From: Balanoglossus misakiensis | Lineage: Eukaryota > Animalia > Hemichordata | Length of the DNA stretch: 64,000 nucleotides | Assembly (NCBI GenBank): GCA_040954595.2 | Contig: CM082577.2 | Span: 7,527,846 to 7,591,845, forward strand | Direction of reading: 5' to 3' | Translations under genes and position numbers: made by a program | The notes under the pieces: generated by a model | What the model saw: the letters and a program-made list of their open reading frames with translations, nothing else | The model's database searches: none | What the model was told of the DNA's origin: nothing | Part shown: one piece after another, positions 14,801 to 27,715 of the stretch | How the letters are laid out: the number at the start of each line of letters is the position of its first letter | Position numbering within the stretch: position 1 is the first letter of the stretch

Positions 14801-17800
14801 TCTTCTTTCTGCCGCCAGTCGCGGTCGGGCCACAGGTGTTATCATCGTTCCTCAATTGCCAAAACAGTCAAATTTGTTCCACCGATCCGATTTTCATTAG
14901 GCCTCAGAATGAAAGCCAATTCGAATGAACTATCAACCGCCGGGCAACACAAAGTACAGCAGAGATTGCTACATGTATATTGTCATAGCGCCCTCACTGA
15001 AATCCCATAGTCACCCAAGGTGAGACTTTGCAACCACAATAAATTCACAATTGTAAATAGAGGGAATAAACCTCAAAATTGACTCGTTCCTCGTCATTTC
15101 ATAAGAACATCTGTGAGTCAATTTTATCATGACCGCCAACTCGGTGTGCTTGAGTCGCCGATGGACACAGATATACACACAGACACGCGCACACGCCAGT
15201 ACAACATGCAAATCAGGGTCACCAGGGAAGGTCATAGTTCATGTGACAAAACCGCCACAATTCCTTCGCCAGACTCGCGGGTGGGTCTCTCAGAAGTGCT
15301 ACCCGACAGCTTTAAACTGTCTAGTGTGACATGCATGGTTCAAGCGAAATCAGAACCGCATGAATTTATGATGAATCATGTTGGCAGTATACGGAAAGAT
15401 AGAACTTTAACTTAACCGCCGGGTCACAGACGAACACGCGGCGGGAAAATTGCATTCGCTTGTCGGCGATAAATGGGACGAGGGGCAGTCGTACTGAAGT
15501 TTGCCGCCCTGCGAGCGAACGAAAGTAAAGTTCCAGAGTTCATCCCAGAAGTAAATTAATTTGAAATGTTACTCTTTCGCACGCGGACAGGAGTCCTAGT
15601 GTTACAGTAAACCAACACTGATATACGCGGCGGTTCTGCCATCGTTATTATCGTTGCGGCGGTCGGTTAATGTTCAGGGATAGCTGTTGATGGAAAGACA
15701 TTCGAATGCCGCAAAAAAATAATACGCCTGTTCGGGAAGCGACAGAGAATGCAACTCGTGGCTGATTTGAAACCCGTCGACTGAAGAATAAACGCGTCGG
15801 CAGTTAATACACCGAAACTCGCTCACGTTCCCTCTACAGTAATCCGCCAACAGTAGCCCAGCTAAAAGATTGTGTGGGACTAACACCGTCTCCGTGCGTC
15901 TAATGGTTTACAGGGTCCGTGTTGGTGAATGAGCTACTTTAGCAAGTATATCGATACATCTATTAGGGATGGCAGTAACTTTAGTCTCTAATGATCGCAG
16001 ATGTCGTCCGGGGTGCGGATGCGCCTCCGCCCGCCACGGGATGATCAAAATGATTAACCTCATTATGACCGTTTCTCGTCTAATTTTGCCCTTTAATTGG
16101 AAAACGCTTTGTTCACTTACTTTTCAACGGCTGTTTTTGGTTGCTGTGGCAGTAAAGCACTGCGGTACGTGTCATCCCATCGATCTGCCCTCTTAGAGAC
16201 CCGCAGTCAAGACGCTAAAAGAGAGAAAAATGAATCTGCGTTTACATATTATACGCCGACTGAATGTGGTCTGTCTGGGAGAAGAGTTGTCTGCCTGGTG
16301 AATGCAAAGAATTACATTACAGTGTATTGGGGGGGGGGTGACAAATCAAGATTATTATGAGTGATACTTCGTGCTCAGTTTGCAATTAAATGTGATCACA
16401 TATACAGTTAGATATGAAAGTTCGTACCATGAAGGGAAAGAGCATGCATGGTGTTACATCGCTTGGATAACAGATGTCAACAACAGATGCGAGCAGTTCG
16501 TGACTATACTGCGTGGCAACCGCTTTCTAATTTCGTTCGTATTCAACTTATGGCGAGTTCCACGTGCAGAGTTTGGACAGACGTGTTCGCCCTTTTGGAA
16601 CAAAAACGGTCATCACATCTCACATTGCACTGACATGACTGTTTGCCATCTGTGTGTTCATAGAGTTGTTCTGTTGATTGGCTTTTGACGGCGATATTGG
16701 GTACTTATAAATTGCTCTAATGTGGTGTGAAATTTGTTACAATATAATATGCAGCTGCAGATAGTATTCAACATCCGCCTATAGACTAGGTGTGCTACTT
16801 GCAGTGTGGCACGAGGTACGCCATTTTCTGAACTTGGCACCATTCCCCAGGGAGAGTGGAAACGTTTTGAGCCTCTGACGTCACGACGTCCTGCCCACTA
16901 TCAAGTTCTATTTGCCTTTTTATCGTTCTGTTTTGATAGCGACGGATTCAACAAGCACAAAGTGGTCGGTCCCTTTTTGAAGTCGCGCTGACTCGCATGA
17001 AAATAGAACGTTCTCCGAATCTTCCAGTTGTCGTGCAAATATTCAAAACCATTACACGCGGATAATGTATCCACGTGGAGTTCTTGGACACGTTTGGGAA
17101 ATCGCATACAGGCCCGCAGATGTGTCTCAAGAAAATAATTAAAATCGAACAAAAATAACGAATACAGACAATAACATTAATTGGCATGAGTGCAAAATCA
17201 AGATGTACACATTATGTTAACAATTGACCTTTTCGGAGATCAACATGCGGTCTGTAGGATTCGAGAACAAATCCGTATGCACCGAAATTCTGAAACTGTT
17301 ATCTTATACCCGGAACTTCCGTGACGTCATCAGTCCGTGATCGGCTTAGAACCTTCGTTTATAGCGCCTGTATCGTGGAGTTGGAAGCAGCAATCTATAC
17401 TTGGTAGGCTAGACAGCGGTTGGCATTACTGTGACACCTTAATAAGTTGTGGTAAATTTTCTACCTTAACAATTAAACGTCTGTATTTCTCCCCTGAATT
17501 ATTAACGTAATAAACGGTTGGTTTATCAAATATATAATTGACACTGTTTTTTCCCAGTGACTCAGCTGCCATCCATGCTAAGCGCCTGCAATCAACATGT
17601 TCTTGAATGTTTTAGCTTACTTTTACATACAACATTTATCGTGCAGATAGAGTTACACTGGACGCAGGCTTATAGTCCGCTGAAGTATTCACTAAATCTT
17701 TCAGCAAGGCACCAGTTCTCATTCTTAATTTATAGCTGGAGGGATTAAATCGGGATATAAATCTTCATCCGTGCCGTATCCGCGGAGTGAATTTTAGATT

Positions 17801-20800
17801 TGTCGCATCGTTAGGGTTCGTGTAGATTGACATTAATTGCAGCATTTGATAATCTGCAATCGGCAGTTAAGTTCAGTTACTTCACACTTGTATCGGTCGC
17901 AGGTGCGCCGTCTAAAGAAGTTGAAAAATATTCATGTCTGAAAGTGAAGGTTCATTTGCATGCTAATTGCAACCCGAGTTTGCTTGAGCTCAGTGGCCCG
18001 TAGCCGTCTGGCACGGTTGTCTGTGATTGGTCCGTCTATTTTCTTACACCATTCTATGTTGCTAAGACCCATAACTGATTTTATTTCATTCGATGGGATG
18101 TATGCGTTGTTTGAATATTCGAAACTCCTATGCCCCACTCTCCAACGTAAGCACAGCACATTGCAACAGTGTTTTCTCAAAATTGTACATATACATGTAA
18201 GGCTATGGAATATGTTAGCCATGCACTGCATCTGGGTAGTCGCCTGCCCTAAGCATGTTTTAACCAAGCTGCACCGTCTTTACGATACTAAGAACCAAGC
18301 TGTGTGTGAGATTTCAATCAAATATCACGACTTCTTTTTTACATAATATCACGCTGATATCCATCTTTTATATTACAGTTGCATTCTAAGCGGTAAAAAG
18401 GCAAATTTATTGATTCCAGCTTTTTATGCGCTACGCACAATTCGCCCAGCGAATTTTACAACTGCAATTCAGGCCTAACGTCTTCGAATTTAATCACAGG
18501 AAGTAATATCCTAAGTCTTCCAGGAAGACATACAAATCTAAATCGATCTGATCACAATTAGGTGGACCTCGAAAACTGGTGCATGCGAAAGGCAACCTGG
18601 ATTTGGTATTATGTGAGAAACACTTGAAACTGCCTTTTAGTCAGTGAAAGTCCTATTTTCATGTTTTTTTTCACCTCATAACAAGTTTCCGTTTTTGCTC
18701 TTTGAAGTTCGAACGACTCTTATGTTTTGTTTGAGTTTCCATAATTATTATACTCAGTAAATTTTCGCATACGATTTGACCAGGTGACGTAGAATGACAA
18801 CCAAGCTTCAGAATTTGCATGCATGTCAAGTCGACTGAGTGGACTATCATTTTTCTGCCCCAATTCAACAACATGGGAGATGTACCTTAGCCATTATTGG
18901 GGCGTATGGCCCTAAAATAATTATCGTCGTCAATGTCTGAATAAGCTGTTTCCGATTGATTGAATCTATAAATATGTTCCCATGCGTAAATTGGTCAGCG
19001 AGGGTACGGCAATATTGTCGACCGACCGGTTTCCATGGAAGGATATATGTCAACTACTACATGTATTTCAATTATCTCGCATGCATGGCAATGTATATCT
19101 CAGTGGATTTTAATGTTCCAGTGCGTCTCATGGGGCTAATTTGATTTGGAACAGCGGAACAGCACAATAGATGGATTATTTCTTCATATATTTTACAAGA
19201 GTGTCTTTAGTCTGTTGCCGCTAGGAGGGAGAATATAGGGAATTAATGTCTTTCGTGACCAGACAGATTGGCGGCAAGCGATGACCATAGCCATGCATGA
19301 TATACGACCACCTATTGAATCAATTGTGTTGATGACTGTAGGTTTGCTATTGAGAAAACCTTTGTCCCCGGGTCTTGTTTGGGTTTTGTTTCTTCGTTTA
19401 ATTTCAATTAAAGGGGGATTAAACTTTCTGCACGTTCGTAAAACAGCGATCGTGGACCATGACACGGGAAGATGACCAATTTCTTGCCATCGGTATAATT
19501 TCAACTGCGGCTCAAGATCTTATCGGCCGTAATCTAAATCGCAGCATCTCTCAGTGATTTAAAGAAATGATAGACCGCAGCGAAAATGATGTATTGGTTC
19601 TCGCTTAGAACGGTACACGCGGTTCTCGTGCCCGACGAAAACCCCACTAATTTGCACATGCTAGCTTAAGCTAATTCATCGGTTATGAAGTGAGTGCGTC
19701 AACACTGCAGTACAGGGCTAGGGACCGCACCCTCTGTTCCTTGACATTTTCATTTGCATCTGAGTTACTATGGTGACCGGAGGCAAAACCGTTCTCTGGC
19801 TTAATTAGCGCGCGAAGACATACATCATTCATTAATTATTGCACCGAGACGGTATATACAGAATGGTCTCGTGAATTGACGTACTGACAACATAATTTCT
19901 GAGAAACGCGCGCCATCTTGAAGGCAATGTGGCGAAGGCAATGGGCAGATTAAGTCCCCGAGGCGATTTGTAGGAAACTCGAGTATATCGAATATCATTT
20001 ACAAGCGGGAAAACTTATCCAATATCTCATTACAAGATTATTGAAATTTTTAGGGCAACGAGTGACCCGGAGCTTTATGGCAGCTGGATTTCTGTTAACT
20101 AAGATTCGTGTTTGGTAACTTGCTGATTGCCCGGCATAGTCATGATCTGGAACAATGATATACCAAAAAAGACGTTTAAGATATTATTCACTCTTTAAGG
20201 TGATCTGCTCTGAGAGTAATATTTTCATCGTATTGGAATTGTTCTGCACATATTTTAGCTACATGATTAATGATTCACCCTATACCGATTTATGCATGAT
20301 TTATACATTGGATGTCAGACTCCACGCTTTAATTGATGGAGCGTGCTGTAGCATAAAATGCATTGTAACCTCTGCGTAGATTTCTTTCCTGTTCAAATTT
20401 TCTGACTGAATGTTACAGAACCACACTCTAACAGTTGTAATTAACCGTGAATTAGCCATTCGGGGTCACCGACCTTTTGAATTACGACTCGGGTTTGACG
20501 TCATTCGAAGAGGTAAACACGGAAGATGTTATTCGTGAATTCTCTTTTCCCGACAAGCCTTGCGCGGAACACGCAGCAACGTCAGCTTTAATGTTCTGAA
20601 CAGGTGCACGCTGCTACAGTATGCAAATATCATTATGACCTCGGAGACGATTTTATGAATGAAAAAAAGTTATAAAGTGAAAAGATGCACCGCGGACAAA
20701 TTTTTAAAATATATGCCACGTCTTGAGGAGCCCCACTTACGTGTGATCGGCGGGCGTTAGGTACCACACTTCATGTCAAATATCACAACATGGACAAATT

Positions 20801-21424
20801 ACTTCAAAACGGCCATAAATAAATATTACTGAGATAATCACCACAACTGTTACATTTAACCATAAAATACGTTGTGTGTGGTTTGTTTCATACTCGGTGG
20901 AGATATTGCAACGTTCTCTACAGGGACCAGCGGAACGGCTATAGACGAGTGGCGCGGATTACGCTGCAGACAGTGATCGACTCAGGGGTATTCTCGGTTG
21001 AAAATAATCTATCGCTGTTTCTTCACCAAGTGGCCGAACGATAGTTTTTATAACAGTCGGGGAATCGACCTCCTGTTCCAGGCAGCATTCTCGTATTCTG
21101 CAGAGACTCGCAGTGCGAAGGCGGTTGACATGTACGTAAATCGCTCGGTGAATTATCAGCACCTAGGCGATTGTTTGACTTGAACCGAAATGGAGTGTTC
21201 GCGCCGTAAATAAGTTTACCCAGACTGATGTTCTCAGCAGACACGCGTGTGATTCCCGCGCTCGACACGAACGTACCAATCAATAAAACAACTCTCAGTT
21301 CATTGACTTATTTGCCTGGCATTTTCACGAGGTCTAGTCTGCCGCCCCTGGTTTTGTTTAAATGTCAGAATCAATGTTTTCCAGTGACGTATTATGGAAA
21401 ATACAAGTCGATACACAGTTTTCA

Positions 21425-21573
21425 TAAGTCTAGCGCCCTCATGCAACCATCATGAATTTGAACTCAAAGAGAGGCCAATGGGAAAAGTGTTGACCAATCA
21501 CATCAAAGGGATTTCCCAATTGGTCTCGCTTTGAGTACAGATTCGTGAAGGCTGTATGAGGGCGCTAGACTTA
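21425..21573. mobile_element. 149-bp MITE-like near-palindromic element
   Basis: Left arm TAAGTCTAGCGCCCTCATGCAACCATCATGAATTTGAACTCAAAGAGAGGCCAATGGGAAA matches the reverse complement of the right arm, TAAGTCTAGCGCCCTCATACAGCCTTCACGAATCTGTACTCAAAGCGAGACCAATTGGGAAA. The first 18 bp match perfectly, with ~60-bp arms and a short spacer. Confidence 0.8.
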
Positions 21574-23816
21574 CTATGGGTGCATTTCCGTTTTGGTCAT
21601 CTCGCTGCATGCACCGAGCTTTCGCACATCACATCTCGTCGCGTAAGAATTGCACATCAACTTCTCTGGTAGTGACGCCATCGAACGGTTTCGCCGACAA
21701 GTGGTCAGGGCGGCATTTCCCGCGAAAAGGAGGGTAGGTAAATAATACCTTCGCCGACTTCAAATAAGCCCAATTACGAATTTCAAGACGTAATCAATTA
21801 GACAGGCCAGTCTTGGCTGACTCGAACTTATTACGGGGTCAGCGCGCGTGTACCGATCGTTCCTCGTAACCTTGTGTCTGGGAAATAAACCGCGGGAAAT
21901 ACACGCAAGACGCAGATGTTATTACGTGATGTGTTTCTTTAACATGTCTCAGTCAAAGCCTTGTTTCGGTTGTCAGATCGGTAGCTGTGCCCACAGCAGG
22001 CTCAGAAGAACGGCGCCGAAGAAACGCACGGCCACACCACATGATCAGAATATCTTTCTGCCATCTCCGAATCAAATCACTTCATTCAATTGCAACTACA
22101 CCATCTTCAGTCAATCAATGACCAGTTTCAACCAATTCTTGCCGTCAGCAATCGTTAAAAGATAATGCGTTGCCTGTACTTATCAATATGTCTGAGCTTG
22201 TAATCCTGGTTCAAAAAGGAGAGATGTTTATTTTTCACTCTAATAAAATGAGGAAGAACTAGTAATTGTCTCGAGACAACACAGACTGAAAAACATACCT
22301 TATGAGTGTTAGCCGACCTACAACAAAAGTCACGTGTGTGCGTTGGAACGCGGACAGAATGTTTTTAAACGACCGTGTCTCTGTTTCTGGATATTGTTTT
22401 ACCTCGAATGTCTGCGATGTAGGAGCATTCCACTTTCAAAAATGGTGGAATTGAAAACATTGACATCAGGTTGTGCCTTTCGCGTATGATTTCTTCTTCG
22501 GAAGTCACAATAGTCGTGCACGTTGACGTTGTGACTGACCAATCAGAGGCACGACAGCCATGACACATCGGGGTCAAATGTCAATAGTTCATATTTGAAG
22601 AATGTTGACGTCACGTGTAAAAATTTACCCCGTGTTTTTATGAAATGGGTTTCTGAAATTATTCTGAAGAGATTTATATGCAAAATTATACTCGTAACTT
22701 TCAAATCGGAGCAAGTAATACATCAATTCGCAGCGATCGTTGATCATTACCGTTCGACTCGTTAATATGATATCGAGTTTATATTTCACGGGAAATTATT
22801 TTGAAATCGCTTTCGGCTTACAGTACGTTCTACGCTGGGTCAGATAGCGATGCTGCGAGCAAGACAGAGGAAATGAGAATTTTCTCGTGTTACCTCAACT
22901 ATACTCACACTATCAAGTGAATTCGGAGCAGCAACTAAGCACAGAACGTCCTTCACTGTGATCTGAGAGAAGCAGGACATTGCCCCTTTATTTAAAATGC
23001 CATTTTCTTTAAAAATATATCTTGCTTAGACTTGACAAAATGTCGTGAGTCTTTTCTGTTCGTATATACCGATTAGCAATTTGTATGTTGACACCGGTGC
23101 TGTGCTTAATCCGCATGGTAAACTTAATCGCGAAAATTGGTAATGGAGTATGTCTCATATTTGTACACGCGAATTTTGCCGGATAGATTTATGCCTTACT
23201 TTCAAATCTCCACCATCTCGACATCGTCTCAGGAATGTTTCAAAACTTACGCGTCATATTGCGAAACAATTTTTCACGCTTTTGGCAGCATGAAGTCCCA
23301 ATTCAAACAAACTCAACGAATTCATTTCAGAGATCAAGACAAGTATAGCTTTGGCGTGTTCAAACAAGCGGAGAATTGGATTGTCAACGGCCACATCAGT
23401 GCATCCATGCGTTGCCATGCGAATCTGCCATATGCATTGCGCGCGCGAACGACAAGAGTAAAACAAGAGTCGACACGCTGACAATCGATCAGACGACAGC
23501 ATCACCCCAGAGTGATTGGTTTCCGGAAAAAACTGACGGGTCGAGTGATTTACTGCGAAGTTTCCTCCATCCTCACACATATTGGTTTCAATCACATTTC
23601 GTATACCAATGATAATCCTCCAAATCAGATTTTTTGTTAAATTTCGCTCAACTGATCCTTTGCTTTGGCAGGCATTTGGAAATGGCATCCGCTATAATTT
23701 TCACAGCGGGTGATAATAACATAGTTCATCAATGGTTCATCTGTGAGTCATCAAAGTCTGGAAAATTCATTGTGACTATAATTGCAATTTTGTATTATAT
23801 CGGAGGATGCTCTTAA

Positions 23817-23866
23817 TGTCTGTCTGTCTGCCTGCCTGCCTGCCTGTCTGTCTGTCTGTCTGTCTG
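23817..23866 (+). repeat. Microsatellite (TGTC)n/(TGCC)n
   Basis: Direct reading. Confidence 0.95.
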
Positions 23867-26800
23867 AGACTGTGTGTCCAGATATTGGCGGTTGTATTAA
23901 ATGACATAACGTGTGACAGAGGTCAACGGTTTTGCAGTGTACGTCCTTGGCCACCTCGAAGCCCACGTGTACTGGGTGACGAAACGACTGTTGGCACTAC
24001 TAATGAAGGGTTATACAGGATTGGAATGGCCGGTCGCAGGTCACCCTCTCGGAGGATTTGTCACAATCCAGAACTTCACGACAGAAACCTAATGCATGGC
24101 TGTTATGCGCCTGACAACACCGATGACCAACCCTGACATACTAGTATTAAGTCTTGAAGTCGAGTCAATCAACGTGCCCAGCCAAACATGGAAACGTGAT
24201 CAACAAAAAAATAAATTATGCAATATGGAAATGAATTAGTCATGTCACCGGAGGACGAATATCTTTCTCGGCAAAATTCCTTCATCAAATAGTCATGGCA
24301 CTCGACTGACAAACAAGACCCGCGGTTCGCGACGTCTTGGCCCTGTGCAGTCCTAACTACCCGGCACGCGACAATTCTCATGGTGATATCAACAGTTTCT
24401 GTCGGATTCCAATTTTGAACAAGATGAGTAATGAGCCATCATATCTCCTGGCAGTTCAGTAAGTCATAATTAGCGTGCCCCCTCAGCGGCGTGTATTCCA
24501 CATTCGACACGGCGGTGACGACATCTTCTAATTACCTCGATATACGACCAGTCGACGTCTTTTAAATTTTGCAAAAAGCCCAGCTCGCGTTGCCTTATCT
24601 ACAAACTCGTATGATTGATTTTTATCTGTTATCGCTGTTTCATTACGCAGAATCTGCTGTGTTCGTATACGCACTGGATGCCTATATGATTTCACGTATG
24701 TTAAAACAAGCATGCTTCGCTTTATTTGCCAGAACGAAGGAATTGATCGTTTTAGTATACTTGTTGTCACAAAGTTCAGAACGGTTTTACTTGGGTCTTT
24801 GAAGGGGCTTTCGCGACGGCCGCGGAAAAGAAAAGGCTGCAGAGCGTACAAGTAAATCCAGACATTTACACAACACAAACAATTGTGACTCCGGGCTTTA
24901 ACAATTGCAGTAACGCCACATAGTTTCAAATTTAGCTGAAATTTTATTTTTATTTTTAAAGTGAACATTAAGGTGCGACTTACAAGTAGAACCAGGCCAC
25001 AGCTTGTAAATCATAAGCCTGTAAAGTTACAGCACTGAAACTTTGATTGATGTATGTAGCGTTGAACGAAGTCTGTAATCCACTTAGAGAAACCCGACCA
25101 GACAAATTTGCAGAAGCAGAACTACTTGCAACAAATTGACGCAGGCGGGCGAACCCGACACCGCATGGAAAACTGTTCAGTCGTGACCAAGCAACCCTTA
25201 TGAGTCCGTCTAGAATTATTTAGAGAGAAACCGTTTCTCGGTCCGATTTTCTTTCTTTTCCTTACAAGATCCTGTGATCTATATTCGACAAGGAGGAGAC
25301 TGAAAATGAATCATAGCTGAAGCTGCGACAAAACGATCCTCGCAACTAAAGATACAGAGTGCTGTTAATTCACACTGGACATAACTGCTCCCCCCCCCAC
25401 CCCTATCAAGTCGTTCAAAAACAGGGCGACCCCCTACAAATTAACACCCAGGCGGGAGGAATAGGAACATACCGCCCTCTCCAGCGAGCCATGAAACAAA
25501 TCAACCACCTGCCAACATCAAACCGAGACCAATTAAACGAAGGAAGCCAGAAAATGCACTTGCACTTCACATTTGCCTGTCATCATCATACATTATTCAC
25601 GTTAATAAAAACTCCCAACGAAATAATCTTTTTAAAAAGGTAATTTTGTTCATATGTGAATTGTGAAGAGGATCGGGCTTTCTAAATTTGGTGACTGTCT
25701 TTAGGCATTGTAATAAAACATGCATGAATTCGAAATACTTTCTCCATTCCTTATTCTGGTCGTGACCTACAGGTAACAATTCAGATTAACCCAAATGTGT
25801 TCTCGCGTGCCTCTGAGCAAAGGCTATTTAAAGGTCAAACTCATTAATTAAGAAATATGAACGCAGCAACCTATTTTTATTCGATCAGATATTTCGCTCT
25901 ACGCCGCTGTACGGACAGTGACATTTTGCAATGAAACGAAATTTGAAAATTAATTGCTTTTCTCCCCTGGATAAACATGTCTTCCTACTGGCGGGTGCTT
26001 TCGTTTTACGGCTGGGCGGGGTTCACATTTTTGTCGTTTGAAGCACAACAGGGAATATGATTCATTTCGCTCACATCATCAATTTGAAGACTAGGTTTTG
26101 TTTCGCTTTGATTATTTGCATGAAATATCGCCATCAGCATAGAAGTGTTTTGAATAAAACCTTCACACCGCCACATTCATCCAGCCTCCAACCATGAATA
26201 TGCATTTTGCAAGTTTTTGTGATTGTTCATGTCAATGAGAGTGCGCTCTATATAATTTGCCGCACAATGCAAATTTGATTATTTCGCATCATCACGCGAT
26301 TAATTAGATTGTATATGTACTTGAGATGGACATTGTCTTATCTAACGAAATATCGACGCCATATTAGTATCAGAAATAGGCGACAAAAGAATGGTCATGA
26401 ACGTGAGTAACAACGCCGTTGCAGATGGGTTGGTCTAAATGTCCTCCATATCATCAACCATGACCAAGGTTAACTCTATTAGATGTACAACATGTACAGT
26501 ATAATGGTCATGACAATAATACTACATTGGCAAACCATATGTTGTTATCATATCTTTAACTTACATTTTTTTGCTTTGTATAGCTGATGCGTGTACGCGA
26601 ATTCATTTAGATGGTACAGATGGTGGCAGACATTCCCGCGCAAACATTGACGAACATATGTCAGAGTCAGATAGGTGGTAGTGAAAAACCCAAAATTGCA
26701 ATAACCCTTGCATTAATACATGTACGTCCGCGACGTTAAGGTATAACAGTTACATTTGCGAAAATAAGTAGGGAAAATTTAAAGAGAACGCTCTTACTAT

Positions 26801-27673
26801 TTCTCAGATAGTATTATTAACTCAATTACGCAACAACGGAGATTATATACAGTCAAGTCCACGGTCTATTCATAGCCAATCTCATAACCTAGAAACTATA
26901 TGTGATGTTTTTCAACGGTGACATACTGGAATACCATGGTAGAGTTTGGAGCTTAACTTCGACCGTGAGTTGAACTTGTTCTGACATTCTCTCTCAAGTC
27001 AATCAATTTGTTTTGGTAAATGGCGTTTAGGCATGACAATTCCATATTGATGTGTCGCAGCTAATGGAACAGAAAGAACTCAGCGGTTCTATACACTCTG
27101 CTCTCATACAATGTATATGCCCAAGGTGAAAAAAATGCATGTGAACGTTTGACTGACGGTAAATGCGCATCGGCCAATATTAGAATCAACTCACCTCACG
27201 ATTCGCGCGAAACAAGAAAAGGGATCGGTTGTTGCTTCCAAGTGGCTCCTATATGTTAATACACGCTTGGCTCGCAACCGCGTCACTCAAACTCCGTTTC
27301 CATAGCGAAGCATCATTTTCCGGCACGTGTCAATTTAAATATAAATGGAGCGAGAGAATTGTCTAGTGAAGAACTACGACAATGATTGAATTGCGCTTCT
27401 GCGCAGTGTTTCGCTGTTGAGTGCGAAGCGATCGTTTGGACATGAGCGTTATCATCGAGAAAATGATTGGCTTTATGTATCAGGCAGTGTCCCCCGCGAT
27501 GCCGCGCCTACAAACGAAATGACGATCGATATCAATTGTTGATTTGTGGGGGAACTGTGGCGTTTCCCCCCGAGAATCAAGATAATATGAAACTCTACTT
27601 TCAGCTCGCAATTACTCTCATAATAGTGTTGTATCTCGACTGTGGCGTTATACTGCTCACCGGACGAAAATAA

Positions 27674-27715
27674 ACTAGAGTCTCATTACTGACGCGATAT
27701 CAAAATGATATCGCG
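27674..27715 (-). mobile_element. Helitron-like 3' terminus (hairpin followed by CTAG|T)
   Basis: The minus strand reads CGCGATATCA-TTT-TGATATCGCG (perfect 10-bp stem, 27715-27693), then 14 nt, then CTAG (27678-27675) followed by T. This is the canonical Helitron 3'-end arrangement. The 5' end was not identified. Confidence 0.55.
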
